The translations under genes were made by a program, and so were the position numbers. Shown here piece after piece: positions 10,080-19,818 of a stretch of 64,000 nt of DNA (positions are counted from its first letter, which is position 1; the number at the start of each line of letters is the position of its first letter). Below the pieces are notes generated by a model, which was given only the letters and a program-made list of their open reading frames with translations, had not been told where the DNA came from and did no database searches. Origin of the DNA: Escherichia phage vB-Eco-KMB39; sequence record OR539219.1. The stretch is one strand, 5' to 3'.

Positions 10080-10565
10080 TCAAGTATTGTAAAACATTTG
10101 ATGCAATCGCTTATATTGCCGAATCATTTGGTCAGAAAAAGAAATTTGAGTTTCAAGCCATTCAATGTATTCTGCCGCAGCTTGCATCAAATTTCCTTCA
10201 TAACCATCGTTATTTTCTTGCGCAGCCAATTTAGCTAATGCATATGAAATGCGTTCACCTTGAAAAGCGGCTTTAGGTTTATGAATAGCTTGATCAACTC
10301 GTTCTACAACTTCTTCAATTTCGCCATTTTCTACTGATTCAGTATTCCACAAGCACCAATACGTAATTGGCTTATCATAGATGTTAATAATCTTTCCGTC
10401 AGAAAGTTCAATTTCAATAATTCCAGTATCAGGTTCTATATCATCTTCGCATTCTTTTGCAAGTTCACGAACTTTAAAGACAGTACCTGCACTAAGTTCC
10501 GGCCAGTAATTACACAGCCCTTTATCAGCACGATTAATTCTAAACCACTTATCTACTGTAATCAT
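10080..10565 (-). CDS. pin: Probable pin (inhibitor of host Lon protease)
   Basis: First ATG 10563-10565 with GGAG SD gives 161 aa; position between gene 49 and nrdC as in T4. Confidence 0.65.
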   Translation of the reverse strand: MITVDKWFRINRADKGLCNYWPELSAGTVFKVRELAKECEDDIEPDTGIIEIELSDGKIINIYDKPITYWCLWNTESVENGEIEEVVERVDQAIHKPKAAFQGERISYALAKLAAQENNDGYEGNLMQAAAEYIEWLETQISFSDQMIRQYKRLHQMFYNT

Positions 10566-10688
10566 GTCCCATCTCCATATCAATTATGTCATTTATTGTA
10601 GGTTCATTATATACTGTTTCTTCATCAGTGTAAACCGGTTCTTCCGGCTCTGGCTCTACTGTTTCCCATCTAGCCGCCCACCAAGGTT

Positions 10689-11009
10689 TTATAGCGTAAT
10701 CCATTCTCGTATTGTCTGAGTTACTACACGTTCACGGGGCTCGACTAATTCAACAGTCGGAACTGCATAATACCAGTCAGAATGGTAAGAACCTGAACGG
10801 CATTCATTTACGGAAACATGTACATTATGTTTTTGGCTAAAATAAACACACTGCCGATATTGACATTTGCCATCTTGTACCCAGTCTTCTATTTCGATAG
10901 GTTTAAGATAATCCGAAAAATCGAAATCATAGTTTTCTGAAAATGCATCATGGTCTTCAATGATTTCACTCAGAACTGCATCAACATCTAATTTATTTTC
11001 AATAGTCAT
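10689..11009 (-). CDS. Hypothetical protein
   Basis: 106-aa ORF. Confidence 0.45.
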   Translation of the reverse strand: MTIENKLDVDAVLSEIIEDHDAFSENYDFDFSDYLKPIEIEDWVQDGKCQYRQCVYFSQKHNVHVSVNECRSGSYHSDWYYAVPTVELVEPRERVVTQTIREWITL

Positions 11010-11019
11010 TTTTCACCAA

Positions 11020-11229
11020 TTAATTTCGCAATTTATTAAGTTCTTCATAATCAATCCAGGATTCTAATCCTGATGGCAAATCAGATTCAATTTCCCAAAG
11101 AAGTTCTTCAATTTTATGAAGACGATCTAGTTCTTCAGCAGGAATAGTAACCATTGACGGAGCTCTTGCTACATTAATATCGTAAATCATATTTACCCCA
11201 GTTTGACCATACAATCGCCGTATTTCCAC
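11020..11229 (-). CDS. Small hypothetical protein
   Basis: 69-aa ORF. Confidence 0.4.
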   Translation of the reverse strand: MEIRRLYGQTGVNMIYDINVARAPSMVTIPAEELDRLHKIEELLWEIESDLPSGLESWIDYEELNKLRN

Positions 11230-11408
11230 TTAGAAATAGACTTTTCACCGTTAGAATAATAAACTTCAAGTTTAGCACGATTATTTTTAATTTGAATAAC
11301 CTTTGCTGTCATCAAAGTTCCATACCCATAATAAACTGCAACTTCATCACCTACATATACCGCGCTTCCGCGGTAATCGTGAATATAGTCAGTTCCTTCG
11401 AGCATCAT
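11193..11408 (-). CDS. Small hypothetical protein
   Basis: 71-aa ORF. Confidence 0.4.
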   Translation of the reverse strand: MMLEGTDYIHDYRGSAVYVGDEVAVYYGYGTLMTAKVIQIKNNRAKLEVYYSNGEKSISKWKYGDCMVKLG

Positions 11409-11668
11409 TTAAAATATTCTCGCAGTTGGTCAAATCCACCAATATGACTTCCATCAGGAGCAAATACTTGTGGCATTGTCAAACCAATTTGAGTATCACG
11501 ACCTAGTTTAGCCAGAAGCTCAGCGATTTTCTCATCATCAAAAACACCTTTTTCCGGCATAATGTTGATAAATTCAAACGGCTGTTTCTTCACGGTCAAA
11601 AGACGTTTTGCATTATCGCAATACACACATTTATGAATGTTGCTATCATAACCATATACTTTAAACAT
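11405..11668 (-). CDS. nrdC: Thioredoxin/glutaredoxin
   Basis: 87 aa with CVYC active site (KCVYCDNAKRLL), as T4 NrdC. Confidence 0.9.
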   Translation of the reverse strand: MFKVYGYDSNIHKCVYCDNAKRLLTVKKQPFEFINIMPEKGVFDDEKIAELLAKLGRDTQIGLTMPQVFAPDGSHIGGFDQLREYFK

Positions 11669-11669
11669 A

Positions 11670-11912
11670 TTATTCCTTAATTCCTAGTACTCGTTTAAAA
11701 GTCTCGTCGTAATCAAGACTTTGGCCCGTTTGTTCTTTATGTTTGTATATAATATCACTTACTTCTGATAGCATATTTTTATATGAACGAGTTAAAGCAG
11801 ATTTAAGCACGCTGTATCTATCAGGAAATTTACCATGTTCATTATAATACGCTATTGCTAATTCACGGACTGCCTTTTCAGCAGTCTCCATATATTCTTT
11901 ACGCTTTGTCAT
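11670..11912 (-). CDS. Small hypothetical protein
   Basis: 80-aa ORF abutting nrdC. Confidence 0.45.
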   Translation of the reverse strand: MTKRKEYMETAEKAVRELAIAYYNEHGKFPDRYSVLKSALTRSYKNMLSEVSDIIYKHKEQTGQSLDYDETFKRVLGIKE

Positions 11913-11914
11913 TT

Positions 11915-12304
11915 TTAATCCAAAATATTATTAGGCATTGGTTGAACACTCACAAGTTCTTTAAAGAACTCAGTAGAATCAGGCAATTTAACCATTTCCG
12001 GAGCATGCTTACTGAATTTATGTTTACATTGACGGCATTTATATTCAAGCTCTGGTTTACGCCAGTTAATCAATTGAACTTGTTCAGTACCGCATTCAGG
12101 GCAATTAGGAACGTTTTTAGAAGCTCTTTCACGTCGTTCAACCATAGCCATAATAGCATCCCATGCTGGAGGTTTAAAATCTAAATCGTCGCAGCCGTGA
12201 ATCTTTCCACGCATTTCCATATCATCTTCCTCACCAGCCATAATAATTTTAATTAAACTGGAATTACTTGAAGCTGCAATGTCTTCTAATAAACGCTTTT
12301 TCAT
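11915..12304 (-). CDS. Hypothetical Zn-ribbon protein
   Basis: CPECG...CRQCKHKF four-Cys motif. Confidence 0.5.
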   Translation of the reverse strand: MKKRLLEDIAASSNSSLIKIIMAGEEDDMEMRGKIHGCDDLDFKPPAWDAIMAMVERRERASKNVPNCPECGTEQVQLINWRKPELEYKCRQCKHKFSKHAPEMVKLPDSTEFFKELVSVQPMPNNILD

Positions 12305-13230
12305 TTCAATACCTCAATAGCATTACGTAAACCATTTGCTTTTGCATTAAGAGCTTTTAACAATTTGGTGTGTTCTGCAATTTGGGCTTCAACTCCAATC
12401 AAACGGGCATTGAGATATTCACGTTCTTCACTCAGATTATCAACCTTTTCTACTTTAGGCTCTTTTACAACTGTCTTATATGTATTAGGGTTCTTCAGTT
12501 TAATTAGAATGCGTGAACTGTATAACATTGAACCATTATCTTCGGTTTCGTCATACATTTCCACTACGTCCATAATTTTTAACATCATGCGGAGTTTATA
12601 AGACAACGAACGAATAGTTTTGTTGTGCTTATTAATTTCTTTAGCTGTCATGGTGCCAAGATTACGTGAGTAATAATAAGGAACCTGGATATTAATTAAT
12701 ACTGATGAACCACCTGGCTTGTGTGTTACTTCATCAGCAATAACCCAGTCCTTAACATGAACTGTATTTGTACGGTCATCGCCCGCGGTAAATAGTTTGC
12801 GAGCATGCTTAAAAAGCATATTCACTTGGTCATTGAATTGACAAGCAAATTTATCAGCAAATTTAGTTTCAGGAATGGTAGAAAACCAATCAGCCAAATG
12901 AGTCTTTTTAACATCATTAACAATAGTAAATTCAACCAAATCGGTTATAGATGTCTCAGATTTAATGAAGCTCGGCTTCATAAAGTTTTTAATGTTCTCA
13001 TGAGCTACAGTAGAAGATAACATACGAGAACGTTTAAACCATTCAAGCAAATTGCCTAACGAATGAGAATAAGCGTTTTGAGTATCTTTACAGATATGAT
13101 TTTCCTGGCTAACATATTGAAGGAAATCACGAAGAATATTATTGATTACTGCTCTGTGTCCGATCTGATAATTACGATGTTTAGTAATAAGACTGTCAAA
13201 ATAATCAATATAATGTTTACGAGTTTTCAT
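12301..13230 (-). CDS. Hypothetical protein with C-terminal coiled coil (array member 1)
   Basis: 309 aa; heptad-like C-terminal ~45 aa; ATG at 13228-13230. Confidence 0.55.
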   Translation of the reverse strand: MKTRKHYIDYFDSLITKHRNYQIGHRAVINNILRDFLQYVSQENHICKDTQNAYSHSLGNLLEWFKRSRMLSSTVAHENIKNFMKPSFIKSETSITDLVEFTIVNDVKKTHLADWFSTIPETKFADKFACQFNDQVNMLFKHARKLFTAGDDRTNTVHVKDWVIADEVTHKPGGSSVLINIQVPYYYSRNLGTMTAKEINKHNKTIRSLSYKLRMMLKIMDVVEMYDETEDNGSMLYSSRILIKLKNPNTYKTVVKEPKVEKVDNLSEEREYLNARLIGVEAQIAEHTKLLKALNAKANGLRNAIEVLK

Positions 13231-13284
13231 GTTCTTCTCACTTGGTTAATGATTTATACTCCGAGCCATCCTTGGCTTTAAATT

Positions 13285-14286
13285 TTACTTAATTAACTGT
13301 AAAGCCTGTTCTAAACGATCAAGACGATTAACAGATTCTTCCCAAATCCTTTTAGCCTGCTCATATTCTTTCTGCGCTTTATTAGAAATTTCTAGAACTT
13401 CTTTATAAGCTTTTTCTAATGCAATAACTTCTGGACGAATTTCTACCTGTTCAGGTGAATCATCAAGACATTCCATTAGTTCCTCAAGGGTAGTTTCTTC
13501 TTTAGGAGTATTCACAATTTCATCACATTTTTGTTGGTAAATTTCTTTATTAGTCGGTGAGTACGCACACTTTACTTCACGAAGACTAATTATAATTTTA
13601 TATCCTTCCCATCCACACATATTTTTGAAAGGATATGTATGAATACTTTTTACAGTTTCCATACAGCCCAAAGCCGTCTCTAATTGATGAGTTATAGTGC
13701 TAGCAATTGAGAAAAATTTATTAATGTTCTTTTGATTAGCTGCTGGTGTAAAAAATCCATAATTCACAAAAATAGCTACTTTATTTTTATCAAGCTCATA
13801 TTCTTTTACGATAATCATATCAGAAGCCAAAGGATGAATTTGACGATAATCGCCATAACATAATTTAGAAGCTGATTTTAGAATTTGTCCTTTGAAAAGT
13901 CTGAAATTACTAATCCAACGACGAGTAAAAATATTCTCAGGGTCTTCTTTGATATTAAGATGATAAGAATTAACATCACCGAACCAATTATATCCTACTA
14001 CATCTTTGGTTCGTTTAATTTCTTTCCCAAAATTACCAAGAATATCCCGATTAACCAAATATGAAAGAAGACGAGATCCTTTAAAGGTTTTCTTAATGGC
14101 ATCTTTATTTGTACGACTAGAAATTTCATGAACTTCATGAATAAATTTGCCGGAAGAAACAATACTTGCATCAATATTATTGAGCCATTGATTGATAATA
14201 GAAAGAACACTATTTTGGCCAAACAGCGGTATAACTTTATCATCAATAACGCTATTGAATGATTTGATATATTCGTTACGAGTCAT
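13285..14286 (-). CDS. Hypothetical protein with C-terminal coiled coil (array member 2)
   Basis: ATG 14284-14286 preceded by GAGGAG; ~333 aa; C-terminal EKAYKEVLEISNKAQKEYEQAKRIWEESVNRLDRLEQALQLIK. Confidence 0.55.
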   Translation of the reverse strand: MTRNEYIKSFNSVIDDKVIPLFGQNSVLSIINQWLNNIDASIVSSGKFIHEVHEISSRTNKDAIKKTFKGSRLLSYLVNRDILGNFGKEIKRTKDVVGYNWFGDVNSYHLNIKEDPENIFTRRWISNFRLFKGQILKSASKLCYGDYRQIHPLASDMIIVKEYELDKNKVAIFVNYGFFTPAANQKNINKFFSIASTITHQLETALGCMETVKSIHTYPFKNMCGWEGYKIIISLREVKCAYSPTNKEIYQQKCDEIVNTPKEETTLEELMECLDDSPEQVEIRPEVIALEKAYKEVLEISNKAQKEYEQAKRIWEESVNRLDRLEQALQLIK

Positions 14287-14343
14287 ATTAATCTCCTCAG
14301 TAGAAAGTAAGAACATTATACCACATCCTTGTGGCGAAGTAAA

Positions 14344-15363
14344 CTAGTTCAGTGCATTTAGTGCGTTGTTCAGTTTAGAACGTTGCTTCGTGAGATTTTT
14401 GACTTTTTCTTGAGCTTTTTCTAGCATCTTTTCAGCTTCTAGCACTTCATTGGTCGCTTTAACGAGTTCATCATCTACTGCCTTGATAGACTTCTCAATC
14501 GCATCCGCGTGCCATTTTTCAACAGGTTTAAGACTCGGATTTTCAATAGGAAGAAAATTCACTTTATTGAATTTCCATGCATCTTTATTGCCTGAACTAT
14601 ACATCCAAAATTTAGGATCGTTTGATGAGTAATTAGATAAATTTAAGTTATCTTGCACTTCTTGCTTTTTCTCTTGCGGGACTTCATCCTTTCTCAAAAA
14701 ATCGTATTTAAATGAAACGATCATATCAAGTTCATATGTTGTTGTATGTTCCCAATTTCGCTCAAAACGAGGTAAAATCTTAGAATGAACAGCGGCAACA
14801 ACATCCATATACTTAAATGCTTCTGTCAACTGCGATTTAAGGCATTCGCAAATTGAAAGAGAATTTTTTGTATTAGGTTTAAAGCTAATTCGTGCAGTTC
14901 TATTATTTTCTTTTAATGGTCTTACTTCCATCTGAAGAGTATAACCATCAAATTTCAGGTTCTTTAAGTTAATGTCAGAACCTTTTAATCGACTAGCCGT
15001 CGACAAAATTTGCTTTAATTGTTTACGGAATAGAGCAATAAATCTCCATTCAATACGATAATGATTTGGATTGAAAAATCCAGATGATAAATCGACCTTA
15101 CTCTGACCAACACCTTGAACAAACAGAGGATTTTTATAATCAATAGTTTTACAGAAATCGGTGAGCTGCTCACGAGCAGTCATTTGTGTAATATACCCCG
15201 CTTTACTAAAATGACGTAACCATTCACTGCTATTCATATATTTAAAGTGAATATCACGATTAACTTTATCAGGGTCTAAATTATTTTGGCACAAAAATGT
15301 CATAACATCACGAGTATAGCTGGCATTACGAACCATATCTTCAATTTGAGAACGAGTTTTCAT
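14344..15363 (-). CDS. Hypothetical protein with C-terminal coiled coil (array member 3)
   Basis: 339 aa; N-terminus MKTR like member 1; coiled-coil tail. Confidence 0.55.
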   Translation of the reverse strand: MKTRSQIEDMVRNASYTRDVMTFLCQNNLDPDKVNRDIHFKYMNSSEWLRHFSKAGYITQMTAREQLTDFCKTIDYKNPLFVQGVGQSKVDLSSGFFNPNHYRIEWRFIALFRKQLKQILSTASRLKGSDINLKNLKFDGYTLQMEVRPLKENNRTARISFKPNTKNSLSICECLKSQLTEAFKYMDVVAAVHSKILPRFERNWEHTTTYELDMIVSFKYDFLRKDEVPQEKKQEVQDNLNLSNYSSNDPKFWMYSSGNKDAWKFNKVNFLPIENPSLKPVEKWHADAIEKSIKAVDDELVKATNEVLEAEKMLEKAQEKVKNLTKQRSKLNNALNALN

Positions 15364-15371
15364 GGTGTTCC

Positions 15372-16274
15372 TTAAGATTTAAGTAAATCAACAATTTTAA
15401 TTAACTTTTCACGCTCAGATTTAGCTTTACTACTCAATCCAGATAGTCTAAAGATTTCATCGTCATATTGTTGAATAGAAATATTCAGCTCTTCAATCTG
15501 CTTATTAAAATAATCAATTTGTTCAGAATGTTTTTCGTTACTACGAACTGGTATAGGTTTTGTAGGCAATTTAGTTGAACTGGATTCATCCGGGCGATAA
15601 ATTAAAATACAACTTGAACCAATCGGGCATTTTGCTCCAGATGAATATTCTAATGTTCCGGCTTCTTTTAAAACTTCAAAAGCTAAACAGAGATGATGCC
15701 CCATATTAACATAATCTGTAGAGCGAGCTCTGATATAATAATCATCGCCACGAGTACTAAATTTAAAGCATTTAAGGTCTTCTGTATTATTGGTCTTAAA
15801 AATCATTTGTTTATCTAGACCTTTAGCTAATCGAGCGCCTAATGCTAATAATCGTCGTTGATTTTCCCACAAATCCGCAATCATTTGATCGAATGACAAT
15901 TTCGGCATTAGTCGACCATAAAGGTCATATCCTTTATTATAATTGCGAAGGATTTCACTCGCGTTAATACGAGACAATGCTCCAATTTTATTAAGGGCTT
16001 TCATGATGCGATTAGATAAACCCATTCCAGACCCGTTTGTTCGTTGTAAATGTTTTTCTAATCCAAATCCAATATCAACTTTAAATTTATCTAAAATTTC
16101 AGCATGAACATCTCTGTCAATAACATTCAAATCCAAAGTTGGGTTAAATCTATGAAAAAATTTATCTGGCTCTCCACGACGAAGTACAGTCCATTCATTT
16201 AATTTTTTATTAACTAAAGATTTAATTACTGCATTGACATTATTAATTACTACTGACATATTTTTCTCACTCAA
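15372..16274 (-). CDS. Hypothetical protein with C-terminal coiled coil (array member 4)
   Basis: 300 aa; coiled-coil tail. Confidence 0.55.
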   Translation of the reverse strand: MSEKNMSVVINNVNAVIKSLVNKKLNEWTVLRRGEPDKFFHRFNPTLDLNVIDRDVHAEILDKFKVDIGFGLEKHLQRTNGSGMGLSNRIMKALNKIGALSRINASEILRNYNKGYDLYGRLMPKLSFDQMIADLWENQRRLLALGARLAKGLDKQMIFKTNNTEDLKCFKFSTRGDDYYIRARSTDYVNMGHHLCLAFEVLKEAGTLEYSSGAKCPIGSSCILIYRPDESSSTKLPTKPIPVRSNEKHSEQIDYFNKQIEELNISIQQYDDEIFRLSGLSSKAKSEREKLIKIVDLLKS

Positions 16275-16675
16275 TTTTCAATTTTACTAAATACACAGAA
16301 TATGATGGAAAAGACTATATAAGCACCGCATACAGATTGAACTAATACCATTCCAAAGAACCAAACAATATTATCAAACACTGTCTGTTTTACGTCGAAA
16401 GGACGTAAACTTACAGTAATATTATCGCCTTTTTCTATTGATGAATACATCTCTGGTGAAATATATTCACTAAATCTATAACCGTCTTTGAGTTCATATA
16501 CGGCAATAAACGATAAACTAGACCCCTTTCCTTGAGTTCCTGTAAGGGTATTAACTACAGTAACATCATAATCTTTATAATGCATATAATCATTAATTGC
16601 ATAATAACCATATGCAACTACTACACATAAACAACATATCAATAAATTCAATCTTTTAATTATCAACTGTTTCAT
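16271..16675 (-). CDS. Membrane protein (N- and C-terminal hydrophobic helices)
   Basis: 134 aa; LLICCLCVVVAYGYYAI and FFGMVLVQSVCGAYIVFSIIFCVF segments. Confidence 0.5.
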   Translation of the reverse strand: MKQLIIKRLNLLICCLCVVVAYGYYAINDYMHYKDYDVTVVNTLTGTQGKGSSLSFIAVYELKDGYRFSEYISPEMYSSIEKGDNITVSLRPFDVKQTVFDNIVWFFGMVLVQSVCGAYIVFSIIFCVFSKIEN

Positions 16676-16730
16676 AATAATCTCAATTAAAAGGGCTTAG
16701 AACCATTATACCATCCTTGGTATAAAGCGG

Positions 16731-17258
16731 TTATGCGAGTACCGTCTTTAACCGTTCTTCAAACTTCCGAAGAGTATTTTGGCGTTCAGCTCTTTGCTTT
16801 TTGTAAGTTTCAATACGCTCTGAAATGAGATTGTATCGTTCATTTACTGATTCTTTCATAAAATCAGGAATTTCACGAGAAGCTTTAATCTCGTCAAATT
16901 TATCAATAACAGCTTGCTCTTCAGCAATTAAGTTATCATACATCAAAATATCTTTCTTGATGAACTCAATATCTTCTTGAGTTACACGAGATAATTTAGA
17001 TGCTTTATCCTTTTTGTACTGTTCGTTAGTATCACGAGACCAGTGTAATGTACGATTTTTATTCGTATTCTTGTAAATTTCTACAATACCAATCTCATCG
17101 ATAATAACGATCCAATTCCAACGAGATTTGTAAATTTGTCCTCCATCAACCGTGATTTCACCTCCAATTGAGATGTCATTAAAGAACTTGCTTTGTGCTT
17201 CTGATTTAAATTTACCATCATTGTAATTTACCAGGTTGAAAATATCTTTAGCGTTCAT
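16731..17258 (-). CDS. Hypothetical protein
   Basis: ATG 17256-17258 with GGAGGAA SD just downstream of an early promoter; longer track ORF is read-through of promoter leader. Confidence 0.55.
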   Translation of the reverse strand: MNAKDIFNLVNYNDGKFKSEAQSKFFNDISIGGEITVDGGQIYKSRWNWIVIIDEIGIVEIYKNTNKNRTLHWSRDTNEQYKKDKASKLSRVTQEDIEFIKKDILMYDNLIAEEQAVIDKFDEIKASREIPDFMKESVNERYNLISERIETYKKQRAERQNTLRKFEERLKTVLA

Positions 17259-17286
17259 TTTGTGTTCCTCCGTAGTTGATAGTTGT

Positions 17287-17316
17287 ATAGTACCACAGAG
17301 GAACGGTCTTGTAAAC
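17287..17316 (-). promoter_or_regulatory. T4-type early promoter (-35 GTTTAC, -10 TACTAT); approximate
   Basis: Minus-strand GTTTAC-N18-TACTAT followed by conserved leader CAACTATCA, a module repeated at least four times in this window. Confidence 0.55.
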
Positions 17317-17318
17317 AA

Positions 17319-17633
17319 CTAAAAGAAACTTCTTTCACAATTTTTTCCACTGAACCAAGCGCTCACTGCTTTCTTAGTCTCAGGAGCAGTGTTATCCATA
17401 AACCATTCAAAGGCAGCCTTTTTATGATTCTGGAGGGCTTCTCGGGCTTTAATCTGCTCACGGTCTATTAACACTAACATATGAGCCTTTCTTGTCACCA
17501 AGGGCTTCTTATGATTTTTTGAATACTCCCAATCATTTGTCCATCGCATCGTTGTTGCGAACTGAAATACTGCTTCTTTAATTTTAGTTTCGTAAATTTC
17601 ACGAGCCTTTGAGTATAACATTACTACCTCCAT
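17319..17633 (-). CDS. Hypothetical protein
   Basis: 104-aa ORF. Confidence 0.45.
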   Translation of the reverse strand: MEVVMLYSKAREIYETKIKEAVFQFATTMRWTNDWEYSKNHKKPLVTRKAHMLVLIDREQIKAREALQNHKKAAFEWFMDNTAPETKKAVSAWFSGKNCERSFF

Positions 17634-17722
17634 TTACCAGTTTAATTCTAGTCATCTTTTTGATGGCAGTCCATATAATCTATTTCTGAACTGCCTTTTT
17701 ATCTTAGAAGGCCTCTTATGAA

Positions 17723-18691
17723 TTATTTCAGAAGAGTAACCTCAGCGATTTCTTCCCAACCGTCTTTATCGGTCATAATAAAGTCAGCAAGATAAAGAGC
17801 AGTACGCAGTGAAACATTGCGTAAACGATTAACATTGACTTTCATCCATGATAATGCTTTATAAGTTTCTTCATCAGAAAGACCACGCTTTTGCATCATG
17901 TCAGTTGAAAGAATAACATCTTCAACCCTGACCATAATTTCTTCATTAGTGTGAACACCCAAATCCAAATAAACTGAGCGGGACACTAATGCTTGTAAAT
18001 GTGGAGCAAGTTTAGTACCACGGTCTAATTCGCGGTCAATATCAACGTTTGTGATAAAAACAATCGTTCCTTTAAATTCAAACTCACGCTCAATGCCTTT
18101 TTCTTCTAAGTAAGAAGATGCGGTGCTCCAGCAGACTTTACGGGTCTCTCCAGTATCCAGAGCGGCTTTTAGAAGATTAAGAATGTCCATATCAGAGAAA
18201 ACATCCACATCATCAATCAAAAGGACAGAATTCTCTTCACGATTATTCCAAAGCTGTTCATAAAGACCGATACCGGAGATTTTACCATTAATGCTTTTAT
18301 ATTCAATGTATCCAATATCATTTGCTTTATTTAAAGCTTTATCTAAAGAATACGTTTTACCAATACCTGCTGCACCAGAGATAATTAATGAACGAATGTT
18401 TCCGTTAATAATACCATTCGTCATCATTCCCATAACATTAAATCTTTTATTAATGCGGGTTTTCATATCTTCATATGATTCTTTAACTTCTTCAACTTTT
18501 ACACCATCATATGAAATGTCTGATTTGTAAACCCAAACACCGCGACGTTTACCGTCAATTTCAACAAAAACTTTACCATCTCCTTGTGCATCTACCGGAG
18601 CATTATCTGGGAACCATTCGCCTAAGAGCTCAAAAGTTCCAGAGATTTCTTTACCGAAGTAGATACCCTTATTGATAGTTACAGTTTTCAT
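17723..18691 (-). CDS. P-loop NTPase (AAA-like ATPase) of unknown function
   Basis: Walker A GAAGIGKT and Walker B VLLIDDVD; ATG 18689-18691 with GGAGAA SD; ~322 aa. Confidence 0.6.
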   Translation of the reverse strand: MKTVTINKGIYFGKEISGTFELLGEWFPDNAPVDAQGDGKVFVEIDGKRRGVWVYKSDISYDGVKVEEVKESYEDMKTRINKRFNVMGMMTNGIINGNIRSLIISGAAGIGKTYSLDKALNKANDIGYIEYKSINGKISGIGLYEQLWNNREENSVLLIDDVDVFSDMDILNLLKAALDTGETRKVCWSTASSYLEEKGIEREFEFKGTIVFITNVDIDRELDRGTKLAPHLQALVSRSVYLDLGVHTNEEIMVRVEDVILSTDMMQKRGLSDEETYKALSWMKVNVNRLRNVSLRTALYLADFIMTDKDGWEEIAEVTLLK

Positions 18692-18725
18692 TTTATTCTC
18701 CAAATCCGTATCAGTTGATAGTTGT

Positions 18726-18755
18726 ATAGTACCATAAAGCTTTATGCTTGTAAAC
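18726..18755 (-). promoter_or_regulatory. T4-type early promoter (GTTTAC ... TACTAT); approximate
   Basis: Same conserved module as at 17287-17316. Confidence 0.55.
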
Positions 18756-18784
18756 CGTTTTGTGAAAAATTTTTGAAATAAAAA

Positions 18785-18802
18785 GGGAGCCCGAAGGCTC
18801 CC
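18785..18802 (-). terminator. Intrinsic terminator hairpin (GGGAGCC-UUCG-GGCUCCC then U-run on minus strand)
   Basis: Perfect inverted repeat with A-run on plus side, immediately after stop of 18805-19818. Confidence 0.6.
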
Positions 18803-18804
18803 TA

Positions 18805-19818
18805 TCATTTATAATAACTTCGGTGGTTTTCAAGATAGACCTTCTCAAGGAAGTCATCCCAGAAACCCATGTCTACTTTTTGCTGCATACCGTTCTTAGA
18901 AGCTTCAGTAGATGCTGCTTCTACTTGATCGACCACATCTTCCAAAAACTCTTGAACTGTTTTAAATGGATGTTTACCCAACTTCACGTCGAGAATAAAT
19001 GGAGCGTCTTGAAGTGGATAAACTAAGTCACCAGTTTTGTAAATTTCCAATAGTTGAAGTCCACCACGACAGGCATGGCTCAGAGCTTTCCAGTCAATGC
19101 CTTCATTGGCTTCGGCCTTACGAGCACGTTCACCATATTCAGCATCTAATTTGTTCAGTGACTGCTTAAGCTCAATAAGAGAAAGCGTTGTCTGATATTT
19201 ACGACCCAATACAGTGTAGAACGTTTGTGGACCTGTTTTCTCATGATTATGGAATACCCATTCACAGAACTCGTTTTCTGGAAGACGATGCTTAATATCT
19301 TCAATTTTAGTGCGACGTTGTCCTTGTGTTCCATCTTCTCGGTAGACATTCCGTTGATCAGGAATTTGATTAACTACTTTCAATACATCACGTAATGCAG
19401 CCAAACGAGAACCCTTGACACCGTATTTAGAAGCTTGCTTGCGGACATATCCTAAATAGGATTTCATGTTAGTCGTATAAAAACGAGAACGGTTGTCTTG
19501 AATAAACTTCCACACATCAGGCAAATCAGATTTAACCACTAATTCAGGTGGAGTGTGAAGCATATCCAATGCTACAGTTTCACCATCTGCTGCTAATTTA
19601 AAGAAATATTTAAGACTGTATAGTTCATGGTCAATATCATCTTTAGTGTTTTTAGATGATGTGTTGTTAGTGTTTTTACTCATGTGCTCTTTGACATTTC
19701 CGATAAGAATATCGCGAGCAGGAGGAACAAAGATTTCTTTAAAATCTACATCAGATTCTGGGGTAGAAGTTCCATAAAGATGACTACCAAAATAGCTTTT
19801 CATTACTGTTTTCATCAT
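18805..19818 (-). CDS. Nucleotidyltransferase-fold protein (Pol-beta-like NTase superfamily)
   Basis: N-terminal motif FGSHLYGTSTPESDVDF (GS...DxD) typical of Pol-beta-type nucleotidyltransferases; 337 aa. Confidence 0.55.
   Translation of the reverse strand: MMKTVMKSYFGSHLYGTSTPESDVDFKEIFVPPARDILIGNVKEHMSKNTNNTSSKNTKDDIDHELYSLKYFFKLAADGETVALDMLHTPPELVVKSDLPDVWKFIQDNRSRFYTTNMKSYLGYVRKQASKYGVKGSRLAALRDVLKVVNQIPDQRNVYREDGTQGQRRTKIEDIKHRLPENEFCEWVFHNHEKTGPQTFYTVLGRKYQTTLSLIELKQSLNKLDAEYGERARKAEANEGIDWKALSHACRGGLQLLEIYKTGDLVYPLQDAPFILDVKLGKHPFKTVQEFLEDVVDQVEAASTEASKNGMQQKVDMGFWDDFLEKVYLENHRSYYK

Noticed and set aside
16731-18808. N-terminal extensions of several track ORFs containing the peptide CGTIQLS / YGTIQLSTD (16731-17318, 17723-18808, 22523-22756, 33767-34084)
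   Set aside because: The recurring peptide is a translation of the conserved early-promoter leader GTACTATACAACTATCA; true starts are the downstream ATGs with Shine-Dalgarno sequences.
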